From an uncultured delta proteobacterium (GTDB taxonomy: Bacteria; Bdellovibrionota; FAC87; UBA2466), in the NCBI GenBank assembly GCA_963778115.1, contig CAVZSV010000004.1, forward strand, positions 1,984,001 through 2,048,000: a DNA stretch of 64,000 nucleotides, given 5' to 3'. Under the pieces are notes generated by a model, which had not been told where the DNA came from, did no database searches, and was given only the letters and a program-made list of their open reading frames with translations. Shown piece by piece: positions 41,664 through 50,853 of the stretch. The translations under genes were made by a program, and so were the position numbers. Each line of letters starts with the position of its first letter. Within the stretch, counting starts at the first letter, position 1.

Positions 41664-42015
41664 GGGATTCCCCTTCTACATCCGCCACGGGCAGGCCCAC
41701 GAGTTTACTTCCCAGACAGGGCCCTGCGATACAGACACCCGTATCGGCCTCATACATGGCTCCGTGCATATGGCACTGCAAGTACTTTTTGTCATGGGTG
41801 AAAAAGTTACCGTCTCGAAGATCGAGAGTAATAGGAAGATGTTGGCAAAGATTATGGTAGGCAAAAAATTTCCCGTTTTTTTTCACAAGAATTCCATGAA
41901 AAAGATGCCCTCGCACCTTGGCCTGAAAAGGCTTAGCGCCGGGATCGGGAAAATTCTTTTTGGAAATAGAGATTGAATGGCCGAGTACCGGCCTTGAGCT
42001 GGACGCCGAACTCAT
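41611..42015 (-). CDS. Rieske [2Fe-2S] ferredoxin
   Basis: CQH...CHMHG, GVCIAGPC. Confidence 0.88.
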   Translation of the reverse strand: MSSASSSRPVLGHSISISKKNFPDPGAKPFQAKVRGHLFHGILVKKNGKFFAYHNLCQHLPITLDLRDGNFFTHDKKYLQCHMHGAMYEADTGVCIAGPCLGSKLVGLPVADVEGESHVIVTIPAEFAKPIKRE

Positions 42016-42049
42016 CGTCAAAGTTCCTATTCTACATTCTATATTCGGA

Positions 42050-42406
42050 CTATTGAATTCTGACTCTTCCGCGAAAGCCTTCGAAGTATCCATGGAAGTG
42101 CTGGATACTGGGTTCAGGATAATGCCAGCAGTAGTAACCTTCTCCGCTATCGAAATCGACCAACCACATTCCTTTGGCTTCACATCCCAAGCGGCCCAGC
42201 TTTTGGTTCCAGCGCTGAAAAACCTCTTGTACCCTTTTCTCAAGCACACTGCGCTTCGATTTATCCTTCGTATATGAGATCTGAGTGCTAAGTTGTTTAA
42301 CCTCTTGATAAGAGACCTGGGTAATGCGACGAACCACGGGTAACAAGACTCGGGCGTCGTCTAAGGTGAAAAACCGCTTCTGATTGATTTCTATTACCTG
42401 ACCCAT
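42050..42406 (-). CDS. DUF2203-family protein
   Basis: FTLDDARVLLP, LGCEAKGMWLVDF, CWHYPE...HFH...GFRGR. Confidence 0.8.
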   Translation of the reverse strand: MGQVIEINQKRFFTLDDARVLLPVVRRITQVSYQEVKQLSTQISYTKDKSKRSVLEKRVQEVFQRWNQKLGRLGCEAKGMWLVDFDSGEGYYCWHYPEPSIQHFHGYFEGFRGRVRIQ

Positions 42407-42553
42407 AAAATTTCGCTCCGCGAAATTTCCTCTATCCGCTTTCCCATTTTCACTCGTCTCACTCACTTTTCCTGCTTTCCACCGATACCCACTTTTACGA
42501 CTATACTCCCGCGAGCCGGGGGGCTCAAGCCGAGGCCTTACCATCTAACTCAG

Positions 42554-43219
42554 CTAATCCAGAAGCACCAACACAATTGTTACATTGTCCGAATGTTCCT
42601 TTGTCGAGGCCTCTTGAGCGAGTTGGTCAACCAGAGCCTGAGCGTCATTTCCCTTTTCCCGAATAAGAGCTGCAATTCTCGCCTCGCTCAATTGACGATA
42701 GAGTCCGTCTGAACAGATTAGCAACCGGTTTCCGGGAACCAAGTCTACCTGTTCTTCGAAAATTTTAAGGGGATGGACGTCCTGAGGGATTCCCAAGTAG
42801 GACGCCAAAATAGTTCCTTGAAGGTTCTCATCATAAAATTCGTGGTCTTCCGTCAATAGACGCAAAACTCCGCCCGAGAAAAGATAACAATGAGAATCTC
42901 CCACGTGGGCAATATGGGCTTTTTGATCTTTCACCATTACCGAGGTGAGTGTCGTGCCCATGATCGCTTCGCCGTAGTTATCCATCGCGTATTTGTAGAC
43001 CTGAGCCTGCAAGTCTAGAATGACGGCCCTTAGTTCATGGAAGCTATTAGCTTGCTTCGATAACCCTTCTATCGCCATGCGCGAAGCAATTTCGCCACCC
43101 ATTCCGCCGCCCACACCATCGGCGACTGCATAAAGACCCTTTTCGTCGTTCACGAGGAACGAGTCCTGATTCATTTCCCGTCCGCCGATAACACTGCATG
43201 AATAACCTTTGACGTTCAT
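42554..43219 (-). CDS. PP2C-type Ser/Thr phosphatase
   Basis: REMNQD, VADGVGG, HVGDS, CSDGL, DNVT. Confidence 0.9.
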   Translation of the reverse strand: MNVKGYSCSVIGGREMNQDSFLVNDEKGLYAVADGVGGGMGGEIASRMAIEGLSKQANSFHELRAVILDLQAQVYKYAMDNYGEAIMGTTLTSVMVKDQKAHIAHVGDSHCYLFSGGVLRLLTEDHEFYDENLQGTILASYLGIPQDVHPLKIFEEQVDLVPGNRLLICSDGLYRQLSEARIAALIREKGNDAQALVDQLAQEASTKEHSDNVTIVLVLLD

Positions 43220-43255
43220 GATCCGCCTTTTTTTGGTTCGATGCCTAAGTCGTCT

Positions 43256-43525
43256 CTATTGTAGTTCAATTTGTAGGTCCTGAAAGCAGTGAATTTGACA
43301 GGACCGCCTCATCCAAAGCTCTTTTCCTTCTCTCACCCTCACTTGGCAGCTTCCGCAGATTCCCATGCCGCGGCAGTTCATCTTTCGAAAGGAGCCCCGA
43401 TAAGGCGACGCCTGGTTTCTTAGCAGAACTTGACGCAGGTTCTCTCCCAAGCGTACGGCAAATTCATGAGTCTCACCTCCCTGACGTTTGATAAAGACTC
43501 GGACTGTAGGTTCGTCTGCTCTCAT
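43256..43525 (-). CDS. 2Fe-2S ferredoxin
   Basis: GENLR, NCRGMGICGSC, RRSCQ. Confidence 0.75.
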   Translation of the reverse strand: MRADEPTVRVFIKRQGGETHEFAVRLGENLRQVLLRNQASPYRGSFRKMNCRGMGICGSCQVRVREGKELWMRRSCQIHCFQDLQIELQ

Positions 43526-43530
43526 GGCTC

Positions 43531-44193
43531 TTAGAAGACAAGGGGTACAAAGGTGACCCCGCACAGCCGGACTCCCGCATCCCAACCTCGCGAGTTTCGA
43601 TGAAACTTCCACAGATGCTGCTTTCCCTCCGCCTCGACCATCGGCGCGACCAAAGTTCCTCCAACAACCGTCTGCTCTTTCCATTTTGGAAAGAGTTGAG
43701 GAGTCGCACAGGAGACGATCACCGCATCGTAGGGAGCGCCCGCCTCATAACCCTCTTTTCCGTTCCCAATGACGACTTTCACGTTGGAGACGTGCGCTCG
43801 AGCGAGATTTTCACGCGCCCGTTCCGCCAATTCGGGATCAACCTCGACGGAAACGACCTCTCGGCAAAGATAACCCAACACCGCCGCTTGATAGCCACAC
43901 CCCCCGCCAATCTCCAATATCCTATTATCCTCTTTAATATCAATACTTTGACTCATATAAGCTACGATATAAGGCTGGGAAATTGTCTGCCCCTCGCCCA
44001 GTTTAAGAGGAGTGTCTTCATAGGCATAGCGCAGGTCCTGATCTCTCACAAACAGGTGTCGCGGGACCGACTCCATCGCGGCAAGCACATGCGAATCTGC
44101 TATATCGCGGTTAGACAGTTGGTATTCAACCATGTGTTTTCGCATGAAAAAAAAATCCATCGTACTGTCCACAGGTTGCGTATTGTAGGTCAT
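43531..44193 (-). CDS. pcm: Protein-L-isoaspartate O-methyltransferase
   Basis: VPRHLF, GQTISQPYIVA, LEIGGGCGYQAAVL, FVPL. Confidence 0.92.
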   Translation of the reverse strand: MTYNTQPVDSTMDFFFMRKHMVEYQLSNRDIADSHVLAAMESVPRHLFVRDQDLRYAYEDTPLKLGEGQTISQPYIVAYMSQSIDIKEDNRILEIGGGCGYQAAVLGYLCREVVSVEVDPELAERARENLARAHVSNVKVVIGNGKEGYEAGAPYDAVIVSCATPQLFPKWKEQTVVGGTLVAPMVEAEGKQHLWKFHRNSRGWDAGVRLCGVTFVPLVF

Positions 44194-44271
44194 AGCACGT
44201 CGCGTTATAATTTAGTTATTGGATCAGTCACCTTTTGACGCCACTTAACATAGAGCCTTTAAAAATTTGAA

Positions 44272-44477
44272 GTCAATCTCGGTTCCGACGGTTGCAACGA
44301 GAAATCGAAGCCGTGGGATTGGCGAAGTCTTCAACGCGGGGGCGGCAGGTCTCTCTATATAGGACAAACCCCCGAAACCGGAATCCATAGGTCGAGCTTA
44401 CCCCTCGCTTGGCCTTGTCTTTTTGAGAATCTGCCGCCCTCTTTTCTAAAACCCGCTTTCCGCGGGTTTTTTCTTTT
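44272..44477 (+). ncRNA. Candidate structured non-coding RNA (two long hairpin domains plus terminator)
   Basis: Domain 44272-44323, domain 44338-44441 and terminator 44448-44477; stems use G-U pairs on the + strand. Confidence 0.5.
44448..44477 (+). terminator. Intrinsic terminator just upstream of tsaB
   Basis: AAAACCCGC-TTTCC-GCGGGTTTTTTCTTTT. Confidence 0.75.
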
Positions 44478-44515
44478 CTGGTATCCCCCTTGCCCCCCTC
44501 CGGCCGAAAGAGTAA

Positions 44516-45205
44516 ATGGTTGAGCCTATGCGTGGCTCTGTCGAACATTGGATCTCCCTTGATCTCTCTTCTCCTCGGGGAACTATCGCTTTGGCCGATG
44601 TGGAAAACGATCGAGTCAGCGCGGTGAGCGAACATGAGGTTGGCGCACAATTCGATCATTGTGAGAAGCTTATTGATTCCTTGGATACTCTCCTACTCGA
44701 ACGGAGCCTCTCTCTCAAACACATCGATCGCTGGATTACCCCGTCGGGACCCGGCTCATTTACGGGTTTGCGAATCGCCTATGCCACCTTGAAAGCTTTC
44801 GCGATGACGAGTCATAAGCCAGTGGATACCGTCTCAAGCCATGAAGCTAGATTTCTTTCCTGGAAAGACAAAAATAGAGACGCTTCTGGCCCCGTGCAGG
44901 TCATTACGACGGTGAGCGGAATCAAAGCGGTGAAGACTTCGTTTGACGGTAAAACGGGCGATTCGTTGGAGGAGTTATTGGTCGAAACAGCCGAACTCGA
45001 AAAAAATCTGTCAGGGATAGTCCTTCTAGATCGGGAGTCTCGACAGATAACTAGCTATCCCGTCCAGAGGTTACCGCTTTCGGCGGGAATGCTGCCGGCA
45101 ATCCTACTTCGGGCCCGCACTCGCGAAACCCACACCGATTTGGCCCAGTGGATCTCACTTTCACCCCGTTATTTCGGGACGAGCAAGTTCGGGGCCGCCT
45201 CGTAA
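44516..45205 (+). CDS. tsaB: tRNA threonylcarbamoyladenosine biosynthesis protein TsaB
   Basis: LDLS...H...GPGSFTGLRI. Confidence 0.85.
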   Translation: MVEPMRGSVEHWISLDLSSPRGTIALADVENDRVSAVSEHEVGAQFDHCEKLIDSLDTLLLERSLSLKHIDRWITPSGPGSFTGLRIAYATLKAFAMTSHKPVDTVSSHEARFLSWKDKNRDASGPVQVITTVSGIKAVKTSFDGKTGDSLEELLVETAELEKNLSGIVLLDRESRQITSYPVQRLPLSAGMLPAILLRARTRETHTDLAQWISLSPRYFGTSKFGAAS

Positions 45206-45212
45206 GACTACG

Positions 45213-46850
45213 CTACTTTCTACGTCGAGATAACCACACCGCAAGGCCCGAGAAAATCATAATCAACGGAAGAAAAAATACCGAGGCTAGGAAGACGATC
45301 TTCACATTCATCTCGGTCAGGTCGAACTGACGCATATCGGAAGGACGAGGACGGATCGAAATTAGATCTTCGTCGTTGGACAGCCAGTTCACCATGTTCT
45401 GAAAAAGATCGCTATTGATACCGTAGGTGGATACTCCGTTCATGATGAAGCGAGAGTCGCCTACCGCAACCATGCGCAGTTCAGCCGATTTGGAGGCCTC
45501 TTTATCGGCATTTGGCTTTTTGGCGGCATCAGCAGCAGGGGATGGGGCTTTTTTCCCGGGCCCTGTGATGGCAAGAGCCAAACTGAGGGGCCCTCTTCGA
45601 TCAGATTTCTCATTTACTTTCACTTGATCGCCTACCATGTCCACTTCAAGGCTTCTCGCACTCGTCGAGAATAGAGAGGTGGCACTGTACCCTTCCGGCA
45701 TTTTTGCCATTTTTTCGATGGGGGTAGGAATAGGAAATACTGAAATGTCTTTAATCCCATTTCCGATGTTACGAATGTCTCGAGTGATTTCATGAGAAAA
45801 ATCGTAAGAAGTGATCACCGGAACAAGAGGGCTTTGCCCGGGCGCGAGCTTTTGCAAGGGATTTAGTTCGTATACGGTTTTCTTCGGATTCCAGTCCGCA
45901 CCATATTTCGCCAAAAATGGCTTCAAGGATGCTGGAGATTGAGGATCCACCATCATCAGAAGCTTTCCTCCCGACTGTTGATATTCGTCCAACAGTTTAA
46001 GTTCGCGTTCCATAATCTCCGATTTTGGGCCTGCGTCCACTATCACGTCCGCATCGGTAGGAATTTTATCGGCGGAGATAAGGAGAAGCTCGCTAACCGA
46101 ATATCGCCCAGCTTCGAGAGCGTCTTTAATCGACGATAATCCTTCGTTGCTACTATCCGCAGGAGAATGCTCCCCATGGCCAGTAACGAAGTAGATTTTC
46201 TTCTTCCCACCCTTAGTGGCCTGGATGATGGCATTGGTAATTTTCTCTTCAAATTTCGGGTCTTCTACTCCTGACAGATTATCCACGCGCGCTTCGCGGG
46301 AATCGCTTTCAATCACAATCGTAGCAGCAGCCCCCGCTTTGATCTTATATTTTTTCATTAACGTGGGATCTCGATCGTAATCTACAAAATCGACGTGAAA
46401 CTTCTTGGAGTAGTAGGTATAGCGACCAAAGTTTTCCTCTAGATCCCCTTTGTATCTCGGATCGGTGAAGACTTTTGCGGTCACATCTGTCTTAAGATTG
46501 GTAAGAATCTTTATCGATTGATCGGACAGACTATGAATTTGGTTCTTGGTAACGTCCTTCTTAAGATCGTGTTCGGCCCCAATCATGTTGGCAAAAACAG
46601 CGATCGCAATTGCCACAATGCTGACCAGCCCGGCATTCATGCCGTACTTGGTCCCCCTTCTCGAGACGACCGCGAAGATGCTTTTCCAATCGAGGGCTAT
46701 ATAGGCCACCAAGGCACCCACGCCGATGCCTAGGCTGATTTCCCAGACCAAAGGCAAATCTGCCAGAAGATAAGCCGAAACCGCGCTTACCAAAATTCCC
46801 ACGATGGACAGAGTCAATGCTACTAAGGGCAATGTGTTCTTGTTACGCAT
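45213..46850 (-). CDS. GldG-like ABC transporter auxiliary component
   Basis: DVTKNQIHSLS, IYFVTGHGE, NSDLFQNMVNWL, N- and C-terminal TMs. Confidence 0.85.
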   Translation of the reverse strand: MRNKNTLPLVALTLSIVGILVSAVSAYLLADLPLVWEISLGIGVGALVAYIALDWKSIFAVVSRRGTKYGMNAGLVSIVAIAIAVFANMIGAEHDLKKDVTKNQIHSLSDQSIKILTNLKTDVTAKVFTDPRYKGDLEENFGRYTYYSKKFHVDFVDYDRDPTLMKKYKIKAGAAATIVIESDSREARVDNLSGVEDPKFEEKITNAIIQATKGGKKKIYFVTGHGEHSPADSSNEGLSSIKDALEAGRYSVSELLLISADKIPTDADVIVDAGPKSEIMERELKLLDEYQQSGGKLLMMVDPQSPASLKPFLAKYGADWNPKKTVYELNPLQKLAPGQSPLVPVITSYDFSHEITRDIRNIGNGIKDISVFPIPTPIEKMAKMPEGYSATSLFSTSARSLEVDMVGDQVKVNEKSDRRGPLSLALAITGPGKKAPSPAADAAKKPNADKEASKSAELRMVAVGDSRFIMNGVSTYGINSDLFQNMVNWLSNDEDLISIRPRPSDMRQFDLTEMNVKIVFLASVFFLPLIMIFSGLAVWLSRRRK

Positions 46851-46853
46851 AAC

Positions 46854-47627
46854 CTATCTCCAGCGATTGCTCTCAACGACCTTGTAGGTCAGAAAGAGCA
46901 TTACAGTGATAAAACTGATGTTATAGACGACGTCTTTTAAATGGATGACGCCTTCGGCAAAGGCATTGTAGTGGCTGAGAGGAGCAAGATACCCCACCAC
47001 GGTCCCCCACTCTATGGGGCCCGTGCGCAACGTGATGGCTTGAGCAATACTGGGTAGGATCCATAGAACAAATACGACAACGATATCAATAATGAAAGCC
47101 ACCGCCTGGGAAGTACACATCGCGGAGATGAGCATTCCTATCGACAGATAGCAACCCATCGAGAGGATGAGGCCCAAATAGGTACAGGCGACTACTTTCA
47201 AGTCTGGATTACCCCACATCACGAGGAATCCAATATAAAGCAGGGAAGCGGCTATCATCACCAGCACGACACTCATCGACGAAAGAAACTTGCCGATCAC
47301 CAATTCAAATCCCCGAAGAGGGGCAGTAAATAGAAGTTCCAACGTATTTTGACGTCGCTCTTCGGCGAAAGTCTTCATGGCAAACGCTGGGGTCATAAAC
47401 GCCAAAATGACTCCCATGTTCTGAAACAGCGCCGACACAAGCCTTTCCAGGGAAATCCCCTGCTCGCCGCCGAATCGGGATCTAAGCGCATACTGCTGGT
47501 AGCGAACTACGAAGTAGTAAAAGGTTATTCCCATGAAAAAAACGAAGACCCCAATAAAAATGTAGGCGACCGGTGAGTAGAAATAAGACCGCGCCTCTTT
47601 CTTCATAATTGCGGTTACGCCGTTCAT
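46854..47627 (-). CDS. ABC-2 permease (GldF-like)
   Basis: KEARSYFYSPVAY, AEERRQNTLELLFTAP, GKF. Confidence 0.88.
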   Translation of the reverse strand: MNGVTAIMKKEARSYFYSPVAYIFIGVFVFFMGITFYYFVVRYQQYALRSRFGGEQGISLERLVSALFQNMGVILAFMTPAFAMKTFAEERRQNTLELLFTAPLRGFELVIGKFLSSMSVVLVMIAASLLYIGFLVMWGNPDLKVVACTYLGLILSMGCYLSIGMLISAMCTSQAVAFIIDIVVVFVLWILPSIAQAITLRTGPIEWGTVVGYLAPLSHYNAFAEGVIHLKDVVYNISFITVMLFLTYKVVESNRWR

Positions 47628-48556
47628 ACCGTTGTCCTCCTGCCGCCAATAAGATCAAGATAGTAATCTTCGAGACTAAGCTTCACGGGCGTCATTTTTA
47701 GTAACCCCGCGTTTTCGTTAACGACGGTCTTTGAGATTTCCGCCATCAACTCGTCACCCGCCTCTGCTTCCACAATGAGGCGAGAGGTTCCGTTGGTGAC
47801 AGAGTTAACACTGCGAACGCCTCGGACTTGTTTAAGCCGGCTAATCACGTTTTCGCTAGCGGTGCGGACCGTAATTTCCACTTTGGTAAGGCCCGACGCC
47901 TGAAGCTCACCGATAGATTCTTGGGCGACGAGTTTTCCTCGATCGATGACAATAATGCGATCGCAGGTTGCTGCTACTTCAGAAAGAATATGCGTGCTGT
48001 AAATCAGAGTGCGTTCCGATTTCATCGAAGTGATGAGTGATCGCGCATCCGAAACCTGTTTAGGATCGAGACCAATGGTCGGTTCGTCCAATATCACCAC
48101 TTCGGGATCGTGGATAATAGCCTGTGCTATTCCTAAACGCTGACGATATCCTTTAGAAAGATGCGCGATAAGACGCCCCCGAACATCACCAAGCTGGCAT
48201 CTTTCCACGACCCGTTCAATCTTGGTCTTCTTTTCGCTCTTCGGAATCCTTCTCAAATCCGCGATAAAAGAGAGGTACTCGGAAACCAATAGTTCATTAT
48301 AAAGCGGGGGTGTCTCAGGCAAATAGCCGATCCGCTTTTTGACCTCCATGGGATGCTCGAAAACGTCGAATCCGGCGACGGTCACGGTTCCCGATGTTGC
48401 GGCCATAAAACCAGTCAGCATCTTCATGGTAGTAGACTTCCCAGCGCCATTCTGTCCCAGAAAGCCTAAGATCTCTCCCCTTTTGACACTAAACGAAATG
48501 TTGTCGACCGCTGCGCGATCTCCATATCGTTTGGTCAATTCTCGAACTTCAATCAT
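47624..48556 (-). CDS. ABC transporter ATP-binding protein (GldA-like)
   Basis: GQNGAGKST, LSKGYRQR, ILDEPT. Confidence 0.92.
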   Translation of the reverse strand: MIEVRELTKRYGDRAAVDNISFSVKRGEILGFLGQNGAGKSTTMKMLTGFMAATSGTVTVAGFDVFEHPMEVKKRIGYLPETPPLYNELLVSEYLSFIADLRRIPKSEKKTKIERVVERCQLGDVRGRLIAHLSKGYRQRLGIAQAIIHDPEVVILDEPTIGLDPKQVSDARSLITSMKSERTLIYSTHILSEVAATCDRIIVIDRGKLVAQESIGELQASGLTKVEITVRTASENVISRLKQVRGVRSVNSVTNGTSRLIVEAEAGDELMAEISKTVVNENAGLLKMTPVKLSLEDYYLDLIGGRRTTV

Positions 48557-48613
48557 GTGGACTCCTCAAGATATTTAGGAAGGATTTTCGAAACCATTTA
48601 GCTCCGACAACAC

Positions 48614-48744
48614 CATCGTCCATAAGCCATCGCTCTCTTCGTCATCCCCAGCGCGGGGGTGCTCATTTACTTTCGTGTAAACTCCGCTCCCGTGCTCGTG
48701 AATTCCTCGACCCCTTCCACAATCTTTTGGGCTTCTGAACGATG
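48614..48744. repeat. Dispersed palindromic element, copy 1
   Basis: Arms CATCGTCCATAAGCC / GGCTTCTGAACGATG; core GCTCATTTAC...GTGTAAACTCCGCTCCCGTGCTCG matches the reverse complement of 59028-59148. Confidence 0.8.
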
Positions 48745-48966
48745 CTCATAATTTCGATTCCTGCGCCAACTAAGTGGTTAAGGATTTTCTAATAACTCTA
48801 ATCTTGCTTCGTTGTCCTTTTGGCGTTCTTCCGTTCTCATCTCGCTCGTGGGGAGCCCGCTGCCGGGTCCAATTCCCACTTGATGAAAACCGAGGGTATT
48901 TTAGAAACCGTGGCAATGTATTGTCAAGGTTGGTACGGAGGGAGCGGGAGGGGCTTTGACGGAAAA

Positions 48967-49995
48967 TTAGAATCGGACGCGGGAGAAAAAAGTGACGGGA
49001 TTTACAGGAATTCCATTTTTTCGGATTTCATAATGGAGATGAGGGCCCGTGGATTGCCCGGTCGAGCCCACTTCAGAAATCACTTCGCCGCGCTTCACTT
49101 GAAGACCCGAGGTGGCGAATAACTTGGAATTGTGGGCAAAAAGAGTACTGATTCCATAACCATGGTTGATCACGACCACTTTGCCGTACCCCTCGCGGTA
49201 GCCGGAAAAAATAACGGTCCCTGGAGCGGGAGCCCGAACCGGAGTTCCGGGCTCAGCCGCAATATCCACTCCGGTATGAAGTCTAAAAATTCCATCATAA
49301 GGGTGTCGTCGATATCCGAAAGGGGAAGAGATCCAGCCCGCAATAGGCAGTAGCGAAGGGGTCGCCGCCAAAATGGCACTTCTGGCCAGTAGATAAACTT
49401 GAAGTTTAGAAAGATTGGTTTCGGTGAGATTACTCACCGTTTGGAGCTGTTCCACTCGATGTTCTAGCTGGGTTTCTCCATCGGGATTTGCTGGAAGCAG
49501 TAACTCCGAACGCTTCTTGGAAGGAGGAAGGGCTGCGGGCTGTCTCCCCTTGTTTGTTCGAGATTCGGGAAGCGGCATCGCCTCTTCGTCCGTTCCCCGG
49601 CCCACATCTTCGAGGGGCCCTTGAGGAAGCTCCATGTCCGATCGTTCCGCCTGTCCCGCCGATTGCCCGGTAAGGATCTGTAGCTTCTTGGCGTAATTGC
49701 GAACCCTCTCGATGGTAGTTTCCATCGAATCGACTTTATTGCGGATCAGCTGCATCTCTTGCCGCAATCTAAAATTCTCGCCTTTTAGCTGCTTATTTTC
49801 AGCGATCCTACCCAAGACATGGACGTAATCGATTCCCATGATGATAAGAAAAACCGCTCCCAAAGAGCAAAGGACGACGACGAACTTCAACATGAAAAAG
49901 GGAAGCACGACTTTGTGAACTCGCCGCGTTCGTTCCGGGATCACCATTAAAGTGACGAAACGATCTCTCCACCAAACTTTTGTACCGTTAAACAA
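48967..49995 (-). CDS. M23 family peptidoglycan endopeptidase with TM and coiled coil
   Basis: HTGVD, HN, STGPHLHYE; start uncertain (TTG 49995 has an AAGGA RBS). Confidence 0.9.
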   Translation of the reverse strand: MFNGTKVWWRDRFVTLMVIPERTRRVHKVVLPFFMLKFVVVLCSLGAVFLIIMGIDYVHVLGRIAENKQLKGENFRLRQEMQLIRNKVDSMETTIERVRNYAKKLQILTGQSAGQAERSDMELPQGPLEDVGRGTDEEAMPLPESRTNKGRQPAALPPSKKRSELLLPANPDGETQLEHRVEQLQTVSNLTETNLSKLQVYLLARSAILAATPSLLPIAGWISSPFGYRRHPYDGIFRLHTGVDIAAEPGTPVRAPAPGTVIFSGYREGYGKVVVINHGYGISTLFAHNSKLFATSGLQVKRGEVISEVGSTGQSTGPHLHYEIRKNGIPVNPVTFFSRVRF

Positions 49996-50098
49996 TAGCC
50001 AATCCTTCTTTTTCTGATGCTCTTTTCGGCATCGCCAAAATCGACTTCTTAATTGCGCGGTAAAGCCCCGATTAGTTAACCCCTCGTCGGTGGGTGAG

Positions 50099-50818
50099 TC
50101 AATCAGCAGTAATCTGGCAGACCAGGGCAGTAATATTGTCATCGCCACCGCGGGAGTTGGCCAGCGCTACTAGGCTCGATAGCCCAGTTTCAGGCCCCTG
50201 TTTTTTGATCTCCTCCGCAATTTCGGTTATTTCGATCAGGCCGGAAAGGCCATCCGTGCAGATGACGTAGATATCGTTCGCTTGAACTCGGCGTCGATAG
50301 ATATCGACCGCAACATGGTTTTCGTAACCGACGGAACGAGTGATGACGTTTTTAAATTGGTAGGTGGAAACTTGTCCAGCGGCCAACCGGCCGGCTCGAA
50401 TCTCCTCGTTCAAAAGAGAGTGGTCTTCGGTGACTTGCCAAATCGCCGGCCCGTTCATGAGATACGCGCGGCTGTCTCCCACTTGCCCGATGTAAAGTAC
50501 GTCGTCTTGAAACAGAAGAGCCAGCACGGTAGTGCCCATCCCCGATAGCTCTTCGTGGGTCAAAGACTGTTCGTAAATATCGGAGCACGCGCGATTGATC
50601 CCTTTGTCTAAAATTTCTCGCCCGACCAAGTGCTGGTTTTCCCGACAAAACTTTTGGATCCCCTCGACGGCTAAACGGCTCGCGACTTCGCCTCCCCGGT
50701 GGCCTCCCATGCCATCAGCCACGACATATAGCCCAAGGGCGTCGTCTTTGAGAAAGGCATCTTGGTTATTTTTTCGCTTAAGGCCGATATCCGTCAGGGC
50801 GAAGCTGTTTCGCTTCAT
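50099..50818 (-). CDS. PP2C-type Ser/Thr phosphatase (Stp1/PrpC-like)
   Basis: RKNNQD, VADGMGG, VGDSRAY, DHS, CTDGL, GGDDNIT. Confidence 0.93.
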   Translation of the reverse strand: MKRNSFALTDIGLKRKNNQDAFLKDDALGLYVVADGMGGHRGGEVASRLAVEGIQKFCRENQHLVGREILDKGINRACSDIYEQSLTHEELSGMGTTVLALLFQDDVLYIGQVGDSRAYLMNGPAIWQVTEDHSLLNEEIRAGRLAAGQVSTYQFKNVITRSVGYENHVAVDIYRRRVQANDIYVICTDGLSGLIEITEIAEEIKKQGPETGLSSLVALANSRGGDDNITALVCQITAD

Positions 50819-50853
50819 AGGCTAGTCCTTTGCTTTAAAAACGTAAGACCTCG

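Noticed and set aside
43600..44238. Long antisense ORFs (212 aa here; also 56421-57032 and 24307-24798)
   Set aside because: They lie opposite well-supported genes, with no motifs or RBS; treated as shadow ORFs
44338..44360. Cobalamin riboswitch (AGACCTGCC on the minus strand)
   Set aside because: Other conserved elements are absent and G-U pairing favours the + strand
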